IMG/VR virus record: IMGVR_UViG_3300037297_000066
Span: 124,001-188,000 of that record
Length of the DNA: 64,000 bases
Strand: one strand, 5' to 3'
The notes under the pieces are model-generated. The model had not been told where the DNA came from. It ran no database searches and was given only the letters and a program-made list of their open reading frames with translations. This document shows positions 56,708-64,000 of this stretch, in pieces. Each line of letters opens with the position of its first letter. Positions within the stretch are counted from its first letter, which is position 1. The translations under genes and the position numbers were made by a program.

Positions 56708-57525
56708 CAGTTATCCTCGGGCTCCAACACCTCTTCCAGATCCGTCAAAGCTTGCTCGCAATCACTCACCACCTCGGACAAATACGGCCACCCTTCCTCC
56801 CGAGCTCTCTGAATCCGAGCTAGTACCTCCCCCATACTCCCAAGAAGCTGGATATCCTCTCGTTGTCCTTCAGAGGCAGGCAGCTGAGCCCACAACCTTA
56901 GAACCCGCTCATGCCCCGGCCGGTTGCTTCGATAGTCATTCAAGACCCTCAAGATCATGTCTTGAATGTCCTCAAACATAAATCCTTCTCGAAGAGCAGC
57001 CAACCAAAAGTCTTGTTCATCTCTCTGCAGCCACTCTGTATGTTGGGTGGCCGTACGGTACCCCTCTTCGGTCCACTCAGGGTCATTGAAAGCAATCCAA
57101 CGCTCACCGTCCGAGTAAGTCCCGATCCCTTGCTCAAACCCAACATTCACCCAAACCAAAGCCTCTAGTTGGTCAAAGCTCACTCCCCTCTCGACTTCAG
57201 AACGATCGTCGTCCTCGTTGGGCTCACCCTGAACACTCTTCTCCGTAAAGACCGAGAACAGATCAACACACGCCCCCTCAAGCTCCTGAAAGATCCGGAA
57301 CAGGCTCGGAATCAGGCTCGGAGGCCAGTAGCGAGCAATTTCCCACAGGGACATGCTGGGGACCCAACGCTCTACCTCCACCCCTGTCCTGCCTGAAACC
57401 GTCTGGAAGTCTACTCGATAACGGACATTCTCATCCTCACTCCAAACCAATACCCACTGATGAAGCTGCGTGTCCACGTCCGGATGTATCTCAAAAGGGA
57501 CTTCTTGCGTGATCCAGGCCATCAC
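56707..57525 (-). CDS. Fam-A paralog (N+C plus C-terminal helical extension)
   Basis: MMAWI..WPPSLIP..VFTEKSV..IGTY..DPEWTEEGY.. Confidence 0.85.
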   Translation of the reverse strand: MMAWITQEVPFEIHPDVDTQLHQWVLVWSEDENVRYRVDFQTVSGRTGVEVERWVPSMSLWEIARYWPPSLIPSLFRIFQELEGACVDLFSVFTEKSVQGEPNEDDDRSEVERGVSFDQLEALVWVNVGFEQGIGTYSDGERWIAFNDPEWTEEGYRTATQHTEWLQRDEQDFWLAALREGFMFEDIQDMILRVLNDYRSNRPGHERVLRLWAQLPASEGQREDIQLLGSMGEVLARIQRAREEGWPYLSEVVSDCEQALTDLEEVLEPEDN

Positions 57526-58148
57526 CCACCTGCAGTCTCCGGGTTGATCACCAAAAGGCTTCGTCTAGCCCTCAGAACCTCCAGGACAGCCTCCAGAATA
57601 ACTACGCTGGTAACCGTCCCTTCACGCCACAACCTACGACAGAACTCTAGTTCACTACCACTAATCCGGGTCTGGTACCCGTAAGCTATCCGATAGCCCT
57701 CCTCATTCCATCCGGAATCCGTGAGCGTTATCCACCGACGCCCAGAGTGATCCCAGAAGGCCCCCGTCACTACCCCCTCATCGTAAGCCCGCTCGATGCG
57801 CTCCCAGAGCCCCTCATCAACAGTCCCCTCACCCCGGGGACCCGCTGCTTCCGAAACTGAGCCCTCCCCAAAGATAGGGCTCTCAAAAGCCACGCTCTCT
57901 GGCTCAGCCTCTTGAGCCAGCCGGATCAATAACGGAAGCAGGTTCTTGGGCCAATCATTGGTCGGACGCCAGTAACTCTCTTCGTAATCCCACCGCTCAA
58001 CCTCAACCCTAGAATACCCCTTCGGGAAAGTTCGAATCGACAGCTTGTACTGGACGTCGTGGTCCTCATCCCAAGTCAGCACCTTCTCATAGAGACGGAA
58101 GTTGTCCCCTATCTCGGGAGGAAAAGACCTTTCAAGCCACGCCATCAC
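57522..58148 (-). CDS. Fam-A paralog (N+C)
   Basis: MMAW..WPKNLLPLL..IFGEGSV..DSGWNEEGY..SELEF..EAVLEVL. Confidence 0.85.
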   Translation of the reverse strand: MMAWLERSFPPEIGDNFRLYEKVLTWDEDHDVQYKLSIRTFPKGYSRVEVERWDYEESYWRPTNDWPKNLLPLLIRLAQEAEPESVAFESPIFGEGSVSEAAGPRGEGTVDEGLWERIERAYDEGVVTGAFWDHSGRRWITLTDSGWNEEGYRIAYGYQTRISGSELEFCRRLWREGTVTSVVILEAVLEVLRARRSLLVINPETAGG

Positions 58149-58152
58149 GGGC

Positions 58153-58383
58153 CTAGTTTAGAAGGCTGCCAGAACCGGCCTTCTCCAAGACGGTGAAAAA
58201 CACCTCCCGGACCAAAGTCCTCTCCTGGGAGGAGAGTCGGGGTCTTTCATCTTCCAGGTACTGCAGAAAGTCCTCCTGGAGCGCCTCAGCGGAATCCCCC
58301 TCAGCAAACGCCTCCTGTAGCAGGCGAATCACCTCCTGAAGAACCAGCCAATGACGCTCTTCTGACCGCTCAACGATAGACAT
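58153..58383 (-). CDS. small helical protein, paralog of 58429..58662
   Basis: E..RLL.E....GDSAEALQEDFL.....VF; ATG 5 nt after GGTGTACGGT. Confidence 0.75.
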   Translation of the reverse strand: MSIVERSEERHWLVLQEVIRLLQEAFAEGDSAEALQEDFLQYLEDERPRLSSQERTLVREVFFTVLEKAGSGSLLN

Positions 58384-58428
58384 GCCTTACCGTACACCAC
58401 ACGACCCCCTCAAAGGCTACAGGATCTC

Positions 58429-58662
58429 TCAGTTGAGAGATCGAAAACGGTTGGGCCTGTGCTTGGCTAGCTCAATGGCCTTGAAGACCATCTTTCTAGA
58501 CTGCTCTGCCACAGCAGGAGGGATCTTGGCTCTTCTCACAAAGTCCAAGAAATCCTTCTGCAGAGCCTCCGGACTCTCCCCCCGATCGATCTCTTCTCGC
58601 AAGATCCTGGAGAGCTCCCGGACAAAAACCGTGCCTACTGTAGCCTCATCCAGTTCTGCCAT
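58429..58662 (-). CDS. small helical protein, paralog of 58153..58383
   Basis: EL.RIL.E....GESPEALQKDFL.....VF. Confidence 0.75.
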   Translation of the reverse strand: MAELDEATVGTVFVRELSRILREEIDRGESPEALQKDFLDFVRRAKIPPAVAEQSRKMVFKAIELAKHRPNRFRSLN

Positions 58663-58857
58663 ACATGAGTCTACCCCAGGTCTTACGATCATGCCCCAAA
58701 TATGCCGAAGCCCCCCAGGATTGGGAGGCTTCGAACACCGACCGGCTGTCGTGTGCACCCATTGGGCATGCCGGCCGAACCAACCACCAAGAGGGTATGA
58801 CGTACAACCCTCCTGAGGATCGCTCCATCAGGGCCGACGTGCAACCCAAAAACGACC

Positions 58858-59430
58858 TCACCTAGCCCGACACTGGCGAATCACCTCTTCTGTGACCATA
58901 TCGGCCCCGTACGTGTCGTCCAACACCGTTCTCCAATCCCCTGCAGCGTGAAGTAACTCGGCTCTGTAACTACGGTATGTCTCAGCATCCCAACTACCCA
59001 TAGAAGGGTTAATCCACCGAGCTTCCTCCGGGCTCCAGTACGAGCCTATTTCTGGAAGCCGTTGAGAAACCACCTCCTCAAGCCTACGAGAAGGAGAGAC
59101 AACACGAACAGCGTCTTCTTCAAACCGCTCGGTAATAGCCAGAGCCGGGCCTCTTCGACGAGCACTCAACTCCAGTATTTTCAACAAGACCGGAATGAAA
59201 GAGACAGGAAGGTAGGCCACCGAAAAAGGTGTGTTGATATCCGGAAAATCAGGGTCCTCAGGTTGCTGCAGAAAGTGAACCACAGGCTCCTCCCGGGAGC
59301 TGTCCCCTGAAAGGGCCCTTCCTACTACCACGATGTGTGAGAACCCAGAGTCAGGGACCTTCCACCGAAGGGAACCGTCTTCTTCCTGCCCCACGAAAAC
59401 CGGATCAGCATACACGACCTCATCAACCAC
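58858..59430 (-). CDS. Fam-A paralog (N+C)
   Basis: PVSFIPVLL..FEEDAV..IGSYW..WDAETY..VTEEVI; GTG 6 nt after GGTGTATAGT. Confidence 0.8.
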   Translation of the reverse strand: MVDEVVYADPVFVGQEEDGSLRWKVPDSGFSHIVVVGRALSGDSSREEPVVHFLQQPEDPDFPDINTPFSVAYLPVSFIPVLLKILELSARRRGPALAITERFEEDAVRVVSPSRRLEEVVSQRLPEIGSYWSPEEARWINPSMGSWDAETYRSYRAELLHAAGDWRTVLDDTYGADMVTEEVIRQCRAR

Positions 59431-59552
59431 CTCCCCACTATACACCAGCAAGGGCCAATGCGGCCACGAGAACGGCCCCTAAGAGCCCTCAGAAGGTACG
59501 CCCTTCCCCTGGACCCTGGAGATCCTAAAGCCCAAGGAAGGGAGGCTCTACG

Positions 59553-59765
59553 TCACGGAAGCACGAAAACGTCGTAGCGGTTCCCCTCAGGGTCCGTAGC
59601 GTAGTGCCAGTAGTCACCTTCCGGGAGCCCCGCCTTCTCAGCTAGCTTACGGTTCTGCGTCCTATCCAGAACCGCCGCAGTACCTATGGCAAAGACGTGA
59701 ATCTCTGACGTCGAATTCGTGTACCGGGCATGTAGAGTGATCTTGATCTTGTTCATACCCCCCAA
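59553..59765 (-). CDS. hypothetical protein
   Basis: Directly downstream of a promoter element (likely start MNKIK...). Confidence 0.55.
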   Translation of the reverse strand: MGGMNKIKITLHARYTNSTSEIHVFAIGTAAVLDRTQNRKLAEKAGLPEGDYWHYATDPEGNRYDVFVLP

Positions 59766-59792
59766 TACACCTGAGAGAGCCAGATCTTAACC
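59762..59792 (-). promoter_or_regulatory. 31-bp promoter element
   Basis: GG TTAAGA tctggctctctcaggtg TATTGG. Confidence 0.8.
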
Positions 59793-60168
59793 CGGACCCC
59801 AAATGCACCGAAGCCCCCCACGAGGGGAGGCTTCAACTACCGGCCAGGTGTCCTGTCTACCAAACGTTCACTCGGCCGTTACCAACCACCGGGAAAGGCG
59901 GCTGACCCCCCCAATGGTTGCTCCATTTCGTCGGCCAGGCAAGCTCTATCGACACTCACGGAAGGTCAGGCCATGTCCCGGGGGGACCTCACGCCCAAAT
60001 CGAAGCACAGATCGAGCACTTCCTACCCAACGACCTTTCTGGGCAGGAGTGAACCCACACCGACGAAGCTGGGTCCAGTATTGAGCGGTATCGCCCTCCG
60101 CAAAGTACAGGATGGAGGGCGTTGGAGGAATCGAACTGTTGCGACTCATGGGTATTCCCTTTCTCCCT

Positions 60169-60199
60169 ACTCTACACCTGAGAAGCCCAGATCTTAACC
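60169..60199 (-). promoter_or_regulatory. 31-bp promoter element
   Basis: GG TTAAGA tctgggcttctcaggtg TAGAGT. Confidence 0.8.
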
Positions 60200-60296
60200 C
60201 GGATCTGCTCGGCGACGCTCCCAAGCCTCCAGGATCACCTGGGTGATTTCCTCCTGACTAAAATACCTGCCCGCCTCCTCTCGAAACGAGATCTCA
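60195..60296 (-). pseudogene. orphan Fam-A C-terminal fragment
   Basis: Start-less frame reads (H)EISFREEAGRYFSQEEITQVILEAWERRRADPG*, duplicating the C-terminus of 60294..60875. Confidence 0.7.
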
Positions 60297-60875
60297 TGCC
60301 TGCCCCACCGAAGGAGCTTGTGCCGTGAGTCGTCGCTCCCACTCCAGTAGAATGGCGTGAGTTATCTCCTCTTGTTCGAACATCCTCCCAAGAGTGAGTC
60401 GAAACCGAACCTCTGGAGCAGTGAATTGGTAGGTGCTCGCCCGATCCTCATAGATCTCCGGCTGCCACCCAGGATCTGTAGGCAACATCTCGAAAGCGAT
60501 GTGATAGGCTCCCAGCATCACCCCTTGGTCGATGGCCTCCCCCACGACCTCCATCAGGTAGTCCTCGTTCAACTCCCTAGCCGCCCTCAAAAACGGTCTT
60601 TCACTCTCCCGGCAAGCCTGAGGATCCCCAAAAAGCCCTTCACAACGAACGGGTAACCCCACCGCTTCCAAGATGAAGGGGAGCAACCCAACGGGAACAT
60701 CGGCATGGGAACATGGCCCATCAGGAAGCATTATGTGCCACGCATAGTAGTGTGTAGCCTTTCGTCTGTCAGGCGTCCGAAAAACTCGGATCTCATATCC
60801 CGACAGGGACTCCTCACTCTCGGCCACCGTGTAGATGTCGAGAAGATCCTCCTGTTTGAAGCCAATGACCTTCAT
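60294..60875 (-). CDS. Fam-A paralog (N+C)
   Basis: MKVI.F..AESE..YEIRV..PVGLLPFILEA..LGAY..DPGW.PEIY..EVRFR..EEITHAIL. Confidence 0.85.
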   Translation of the reverse strand: MKVIGFKQEDLLDIYTVAESEESLSGYEIRVFRTPDRRKATHYYAWHIMLPDGPCSHADVPVGLLPFILEAVGLPVRCEGLFGDPQACRESERPFLRAARELNEDYLMEVVGEAIDQGVMLGAYHIAFEMLPTDPGWQPEIYEDRASTYQFTAPEVRFRLTLGRMFEQEEITHAILLEWERRLTAQAPSVGQA

Positions 60876-61435
60876 CCGCTGGCCCTCTCAGCCATGACTT
60901 CCAGGATCACCCGGGTGACCAGATTCTGATCAAACCGAGCCCCCAACTCCAATCGAAACCTGATCTCGCTCTGACTCAGCTGCGAGATCGCTCGACGACG
61001 ACACACCTCCTCGTAACCCTCTCGGGTCCAGGTGGGGTCCTCTCGGGTCCAAGTCACGAAAGTGTTGGAAGGCAGCGTAGTCCTAGCCTCGGAAGAGTAG
61101 GAACCGAACTCTACCCCCTGCCCAAAAGCTTCTCGCACCTCAGCCTTCAAGGCAGCTACGTCCAACCAAGGTCCTGCCTCGAAAGGCCCCTCGTACGGAG
61201 TCTCTTTCTCACTCATCGCTTCTAAGATGAAGGGGAACAGAGAAGTCGAAATGTCTGCGGGAGAGGCATGGGCTATCCCATCAGAAGAGGTCCGGAGCCA
61301 GACCTGGCAGACCCTACCCTTCTGCTTACCAGTCGGCTGAAGCACCCGGATCTCGTAGCTACAAGGAGCGTCTTCGCTCTCAGCCACCACATGGATGTCT
61401 AAACCACCCTCCTTCCGGAAGTCAATGACCCTCAC
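60872..61435 (-). CDS. Fam-A paralog (N+C)
   Basis: (M)RVIDF..AESE..YEIRV..LFPFILEA..FGSY..DPTWTREGY..SEIRFR..VTRVIL. Confidence 0.85.
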   Translation of the reverse strand: MRVIDFRKEGGLDIHVVAESEDAPCSYEIRVLQPTGKQKGRVCQVWLRTSSDGIAHASPADISTSLFPFILEAMSEKETPYEGPFEAGPWLDVAALKAEVREAFGQGVEFGSYSSEARTTLPSNTFVTWTREDPTWTREGYEEVCRRRAISQLSQSEIRFRLELGARFDQNLVTRVILEVMAERASG

Positions 61436-61985
61436 TCGGCCCCCTTCGTCGCTCCCACACCTCGACAATGGTGCTCGTGATCTCGCCCTGATTGTAGAAA
61501 CGCTCCCACTCAAATCGAAACCGAAGCTCACGAGAAGTCAAGCGGCGAGGGTTAGTCGTAACCACTTCCTGGTAAGAATGCCAAGACCACCTAGTATTGG
61601 ACGGGGAAATCCAGTCCGCTGAGGAATGCTCGTAACTCCCAAGTGTCGGGCTCTCTCCAAACTCCAACTGATGCTCAATCAGCTGCACCAAGTACTCATG
61701 GCCTACGAGCGGGCCGATCAAGTCAGGCTCGGTTTGGAACACACCCCTAAGTAGCTCAGAACCCTGAGAGACAGCCTGCAATATGATGGGGAGCAGGGTC
61801 ACTGGAACACTTGTGTGGTCAGACGGTCCATCAGGCAGGCTACGTAGAAACACCTCATAGTTGACAGCCTTACTTCCATCAGCCGCCCGAAGCACTCGAA
61901 TCACATACGCCGCTGGAGATTCTTCGCTTCCACTCACCACGTACGTGGAGAAAAAGCCCTCCCTGTAAAAATCGATGACCTTCAC
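61422..61985 (-). CDS. Fam-A paralog (N+C)
   Basis: (M)KVIDF..Y.IRV..PVTLLPIILQA..LGSY..W..Y..ELRFR..EITSTI. Confidence 0.85.
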   Translation of the reverse strand: MKVIDFYREGFFSTYVVSGSEESPAAYVIRVLRAADGSKAVNYEVFLRSLPDGPSDHTSVPVTLLPIILQAVSQGSELLRGVFQTEPDLIGPLVGHEYLVQLIEHQLEFGESPTLGSYEHSSADWISPSNTRWSWHSYQEVVTTNPRRLTSRELRFRFEWERFYNQGEITSTIVEVWERRRGPSEGH

Positions 61986-62518
61986 AGGCCCTCCCCAAAC
62001 TCGTACCCCAGAAAGTTCAGAATAGCTCGGGTGATGTCGTCTTGAAGGAAGCTCCGGCCTTGAGCGACTCGAAACTGGAGCTCCTCCGGTGAAAGCAAGT
62101 GGCTCCCGGCCAACGCTAGCCTCTGGTACACCGCAACGTCCCACTCACCATCATCAGGACGGTACCACGTAGCCGCAGCGCCCAAGAAGTACTCCCCTAA
62201 CCTAGAGCCCCCGTGGAATGCCTCCTCAACCGCCTCCACCAAATGCACGTACCGGGCCCCCGGCTCGCCTCGGAAGGGCCCCTCATAGGAAGGCCCCGAC
62301 TCCTTCCTCGACAGCGCTTCCATGATGAAAGGCGTTAGAGGGATCGGGATCTGACTTAGATCCTGAGGGATCTCCCTTCCGCTGGAAGTGACCGCCCACA
62401 CAGTGAAGACCCCTCCCTTTGGAACCACTTGGATCTCGTACCAGGAAGTCGAATCCTCGCTCTCGGCTACCCTGTACATATCCGTTCCCACCAGCTTGCT
62501 GGAAGCGACGATCTTCAT
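61982..62518 (-). CDS. Fam-A paralog (N+C)
   Basis: AESE..YEI..PIPLTPFIMEAL..GPF..LGEY..D.EWD..VY..EELQFR..DITRAIL. Confidence 0.85.
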   Translation of the reverse strand: MKIVASSKLVGTDMYRVAESEDSTSWYEIQVVPKGGVFTVWAVTSSGREIPQDLSQIPIPLTPFIMEALSRKESGPSYEGPFRGEPGARYVHLVEAVEEAFHGGSRLGEYFLGAAATWYRPDDGEWDVAVYQRLALAGSHLLSPEELQFRVAQGRSFLQDDITRAILNFLGYEFGEGL

Positions 62519-63039
62519 GCCTGCCCCCGAGCCCTACTCACCACCTCCACAATGGCTCGGGTGATAGCCTCTGGAGAGTAGGCGTTTTCATGAGACCGAC
62601 GTAATTGCCGTTCTTGCTCCGTCAAGTCTAGATGGTAATGGCTGACAACGTATTGGTACACCTCAGGATCCCAATCAGAATCACTGGGGTAGTGCCACCT
62701 TTCCGCAGCCAAGTAACCCCCCAAGTTGTGCCAGAGCTCCACCTCCCTCTCAACCACACTCACCAACAGGTCGTAGCCATACTCAGGACCCTGAGGGTCT
62801 CCTTGGAAGACCCCCTGGTAAGGCCCAAGCTCCCCTTTCGACAAGCTCAGAGCTTCCAGAATGGAGGGCAGCAGGAACAACGGTATAGCCCCAATCCGGA
62901 CAGGAGAGCCCCCCTCAAGGACCTCGTAGAGATACACCACCATCCCCACCCGGATCTGGTAGCTAACCCGAGAGGCTCTGCTCTCAGCCACCGTGTAGGT
63001 GTCTAAGCCCTCCACGGTCTCAACGCCAATGAGCTTCAC
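62515..63039 (-). CDS. Fam-A paralog (N+C)
   Basis: AES..YQIRV..PLFLLPSILEAL..LGGY..DSDWDPEVY..ERQLR..AITRAIVEV. Confidence 0.85.
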   Translation of the reverse strand: MKLIGVETVEGLDTYTVAESRASRVSYQIRVGMVVYLYEVLEGGSPVRIGAIPLFLLPSILEALSLSKGELGPYQGVFQGDPQGPEYGYDLLVSVVEREVELWHNLGGYLAAERWHYPSDSDWDPEVYQYVVSHYHLDLTEQERQLRRSHENAYSPEAITRAIVEVVSRARGQA

Positions 63040-63599
63040 GGTTCAGGCTCCCGTAGCCGTGTCACCACCTCCACCACAGCCCGGGTGATGCTTTCCTGAC
63101 CGTACGTCTTACCCCTTATCAACCGAAACCGACACTCCCCGTTGGTAAGTCGGTACATATCGTTGTTCACCACATAGAGGTATTGACTTCGAGTCCAGTC
63201 CGACCTCCGAGGGTTGACCCAGTTGTTGACAGTGCGAGAATGCCGGTAGGTACCAAGGCCGCTCGATCTCGACTGAGCAAAAGCCGCCTCCACTTGCCCG
63301 ACTAACCTTTTGTAACTCGCAGAACGATCCCCAGGCTCCTCCCCAAAGGACCCCACACAAGGGACCTGCTCGCCCCGGGTGGCCTCCAGGATGAACGGAG
63401 TCAGAAAGATCGGAATCGAGTTCAACCGGATTGGGTGCCCTTCCAAAGACGCCCAGTGCCACACCTGGTAGGACCCTCGCCCTCTTTCAGGGCCATCGGT
63501 CCGATAGACACGGATCTCGTAGCCCTCAGACTCAGACTCATCAACGGCTACCCGATAAGTGTCGAGACCGTCTTGCCTGTGCTTCCCAATGAAATGCAT
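63036..63599 (-). CDS. Fam-A paralog (N+C)
   Basis: YEIRV..PIFLTPFILEA..SFGEE..LGTY..W..QY..ECRFR..ITRAVVEV. Confidence 0.85.
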   Translation of the reverse strand: MHFIGKHRQDGLDTYRVAVDESESEGYEIRVYRTDGPERGRGSYQVWHWASLEGHPIRLNSIPIFLTPFILEATRGEQVPCVGSFGEEPGDRSASYKRLVGQVEAAFAQSRSSGLGTYRHSRTVNNWVNPRRSDWTRSQYLYVVNNDMYRLTNGECRFRLIRGKTYGQESITRAVVEVVTRLREPEP

Positions 63600-63604
63600 C
63601 CATC

Positions 63605-64000
63605 CTACCGTACACCAAGAGACGCCCCAAACCGCCGACTAAGTACCTCCAGGACCGCTTGGGTGATCTCCGCTTGAGTGAACCGCATCCCCAGTCGAAG
63701 CCGAAACTGAACCTCTTCAGCTGTGAAAAAGTACCCCTCACTCATCGCTACCCCCCGGTAAGCCTCCTCACTCCACCCAACCTGGCCCGGCTCATACCAA
63801 TCCCCCTCAAACGTTCGGTAACTCCCCAACGCAACACCACTAGACTCACTCTCTTCCTCGATCATTTGAACCAGGGCAGCGTAGTCGGAGCTCCCCCCAC
63901 CCTCCCTAAAAGGGCCCTCCCCACACGGGGCAGGCTCAGCAGCCAACAACTGCAAAATGAACGTAACTAGTCCCTCGGGTAGCCAGTCTGCCGCCCCGAA
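63605..64000 (-). CDS. Fam-A paralog, 5' end outside the window
   Basis: ..GPFREG..LGSY..WSEEAY..EEVQFR..AEITQAVLEVL. Confidence 0.85.
   Translation of the reverse strand, partial: FGAADWLPEGLVTFILQLLAAEPAPCGEGPFREGGGSSDYAALVQMIEEESESSGVALGSYRTFEGDWYEPGQVGWSEEAYRGVAMSEGYFFTAEEVQFRLRLGMRFTQAEITQAVLEVLSRRFGASLGVR

Overview
A gene-dense 64 kb window, most consistent with the accessory/early region of a very large (jumbo-type) bacteriophage. It has about 130 short, tightly coupled ORFs and no housekeeping operons, tRNA, rRNA or CRISPR array. Recognisable genes are a dNMP-kinase C-terminus, a HigA-like HTH, an RNB exoribonuclease fused to two dsRBDs, a vWA / PurA-like / pseudokinase operon, a ribosomal bL12 C-terminal-domain protein, a nucleoside 2-deoxyribosyltransferase, a GIY-YIG nuclease, an AAA ATPase, and DUF5661- and DUF5662-like proteins. 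The dominant unexplained structure is a family of about 46 divergent paralogous genes ('Fam-A', two modular domains), all on the minus strand from 26.2 kb to beyond the right edge. It shows domain swaps, truncated members and short near-identical patches between neighbours. Four 'WRG' genes (Fam-B) punctuate the array, each directly behind a promoter-like motif. The regulatory grammar can be read from the sequence: 12 copies of a 31-bp element (TTAAGA-17 bp-TAGTAG), about 21 GGTGTAnnGT motifs mostly 5-7 nt before start codons (leaderless-type), a TTGTAGAC motif clustered in lower-GC intergenic islands, and a dispersed 99-bp repeat. A short peptide motif, PTxW[DE]xxL, recurs in six unrelated proteins. 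All family assignments were made by eye from motifs, with no database searches. Several starts were re-called from the ORF track using gene overlaps and promoter motifs.
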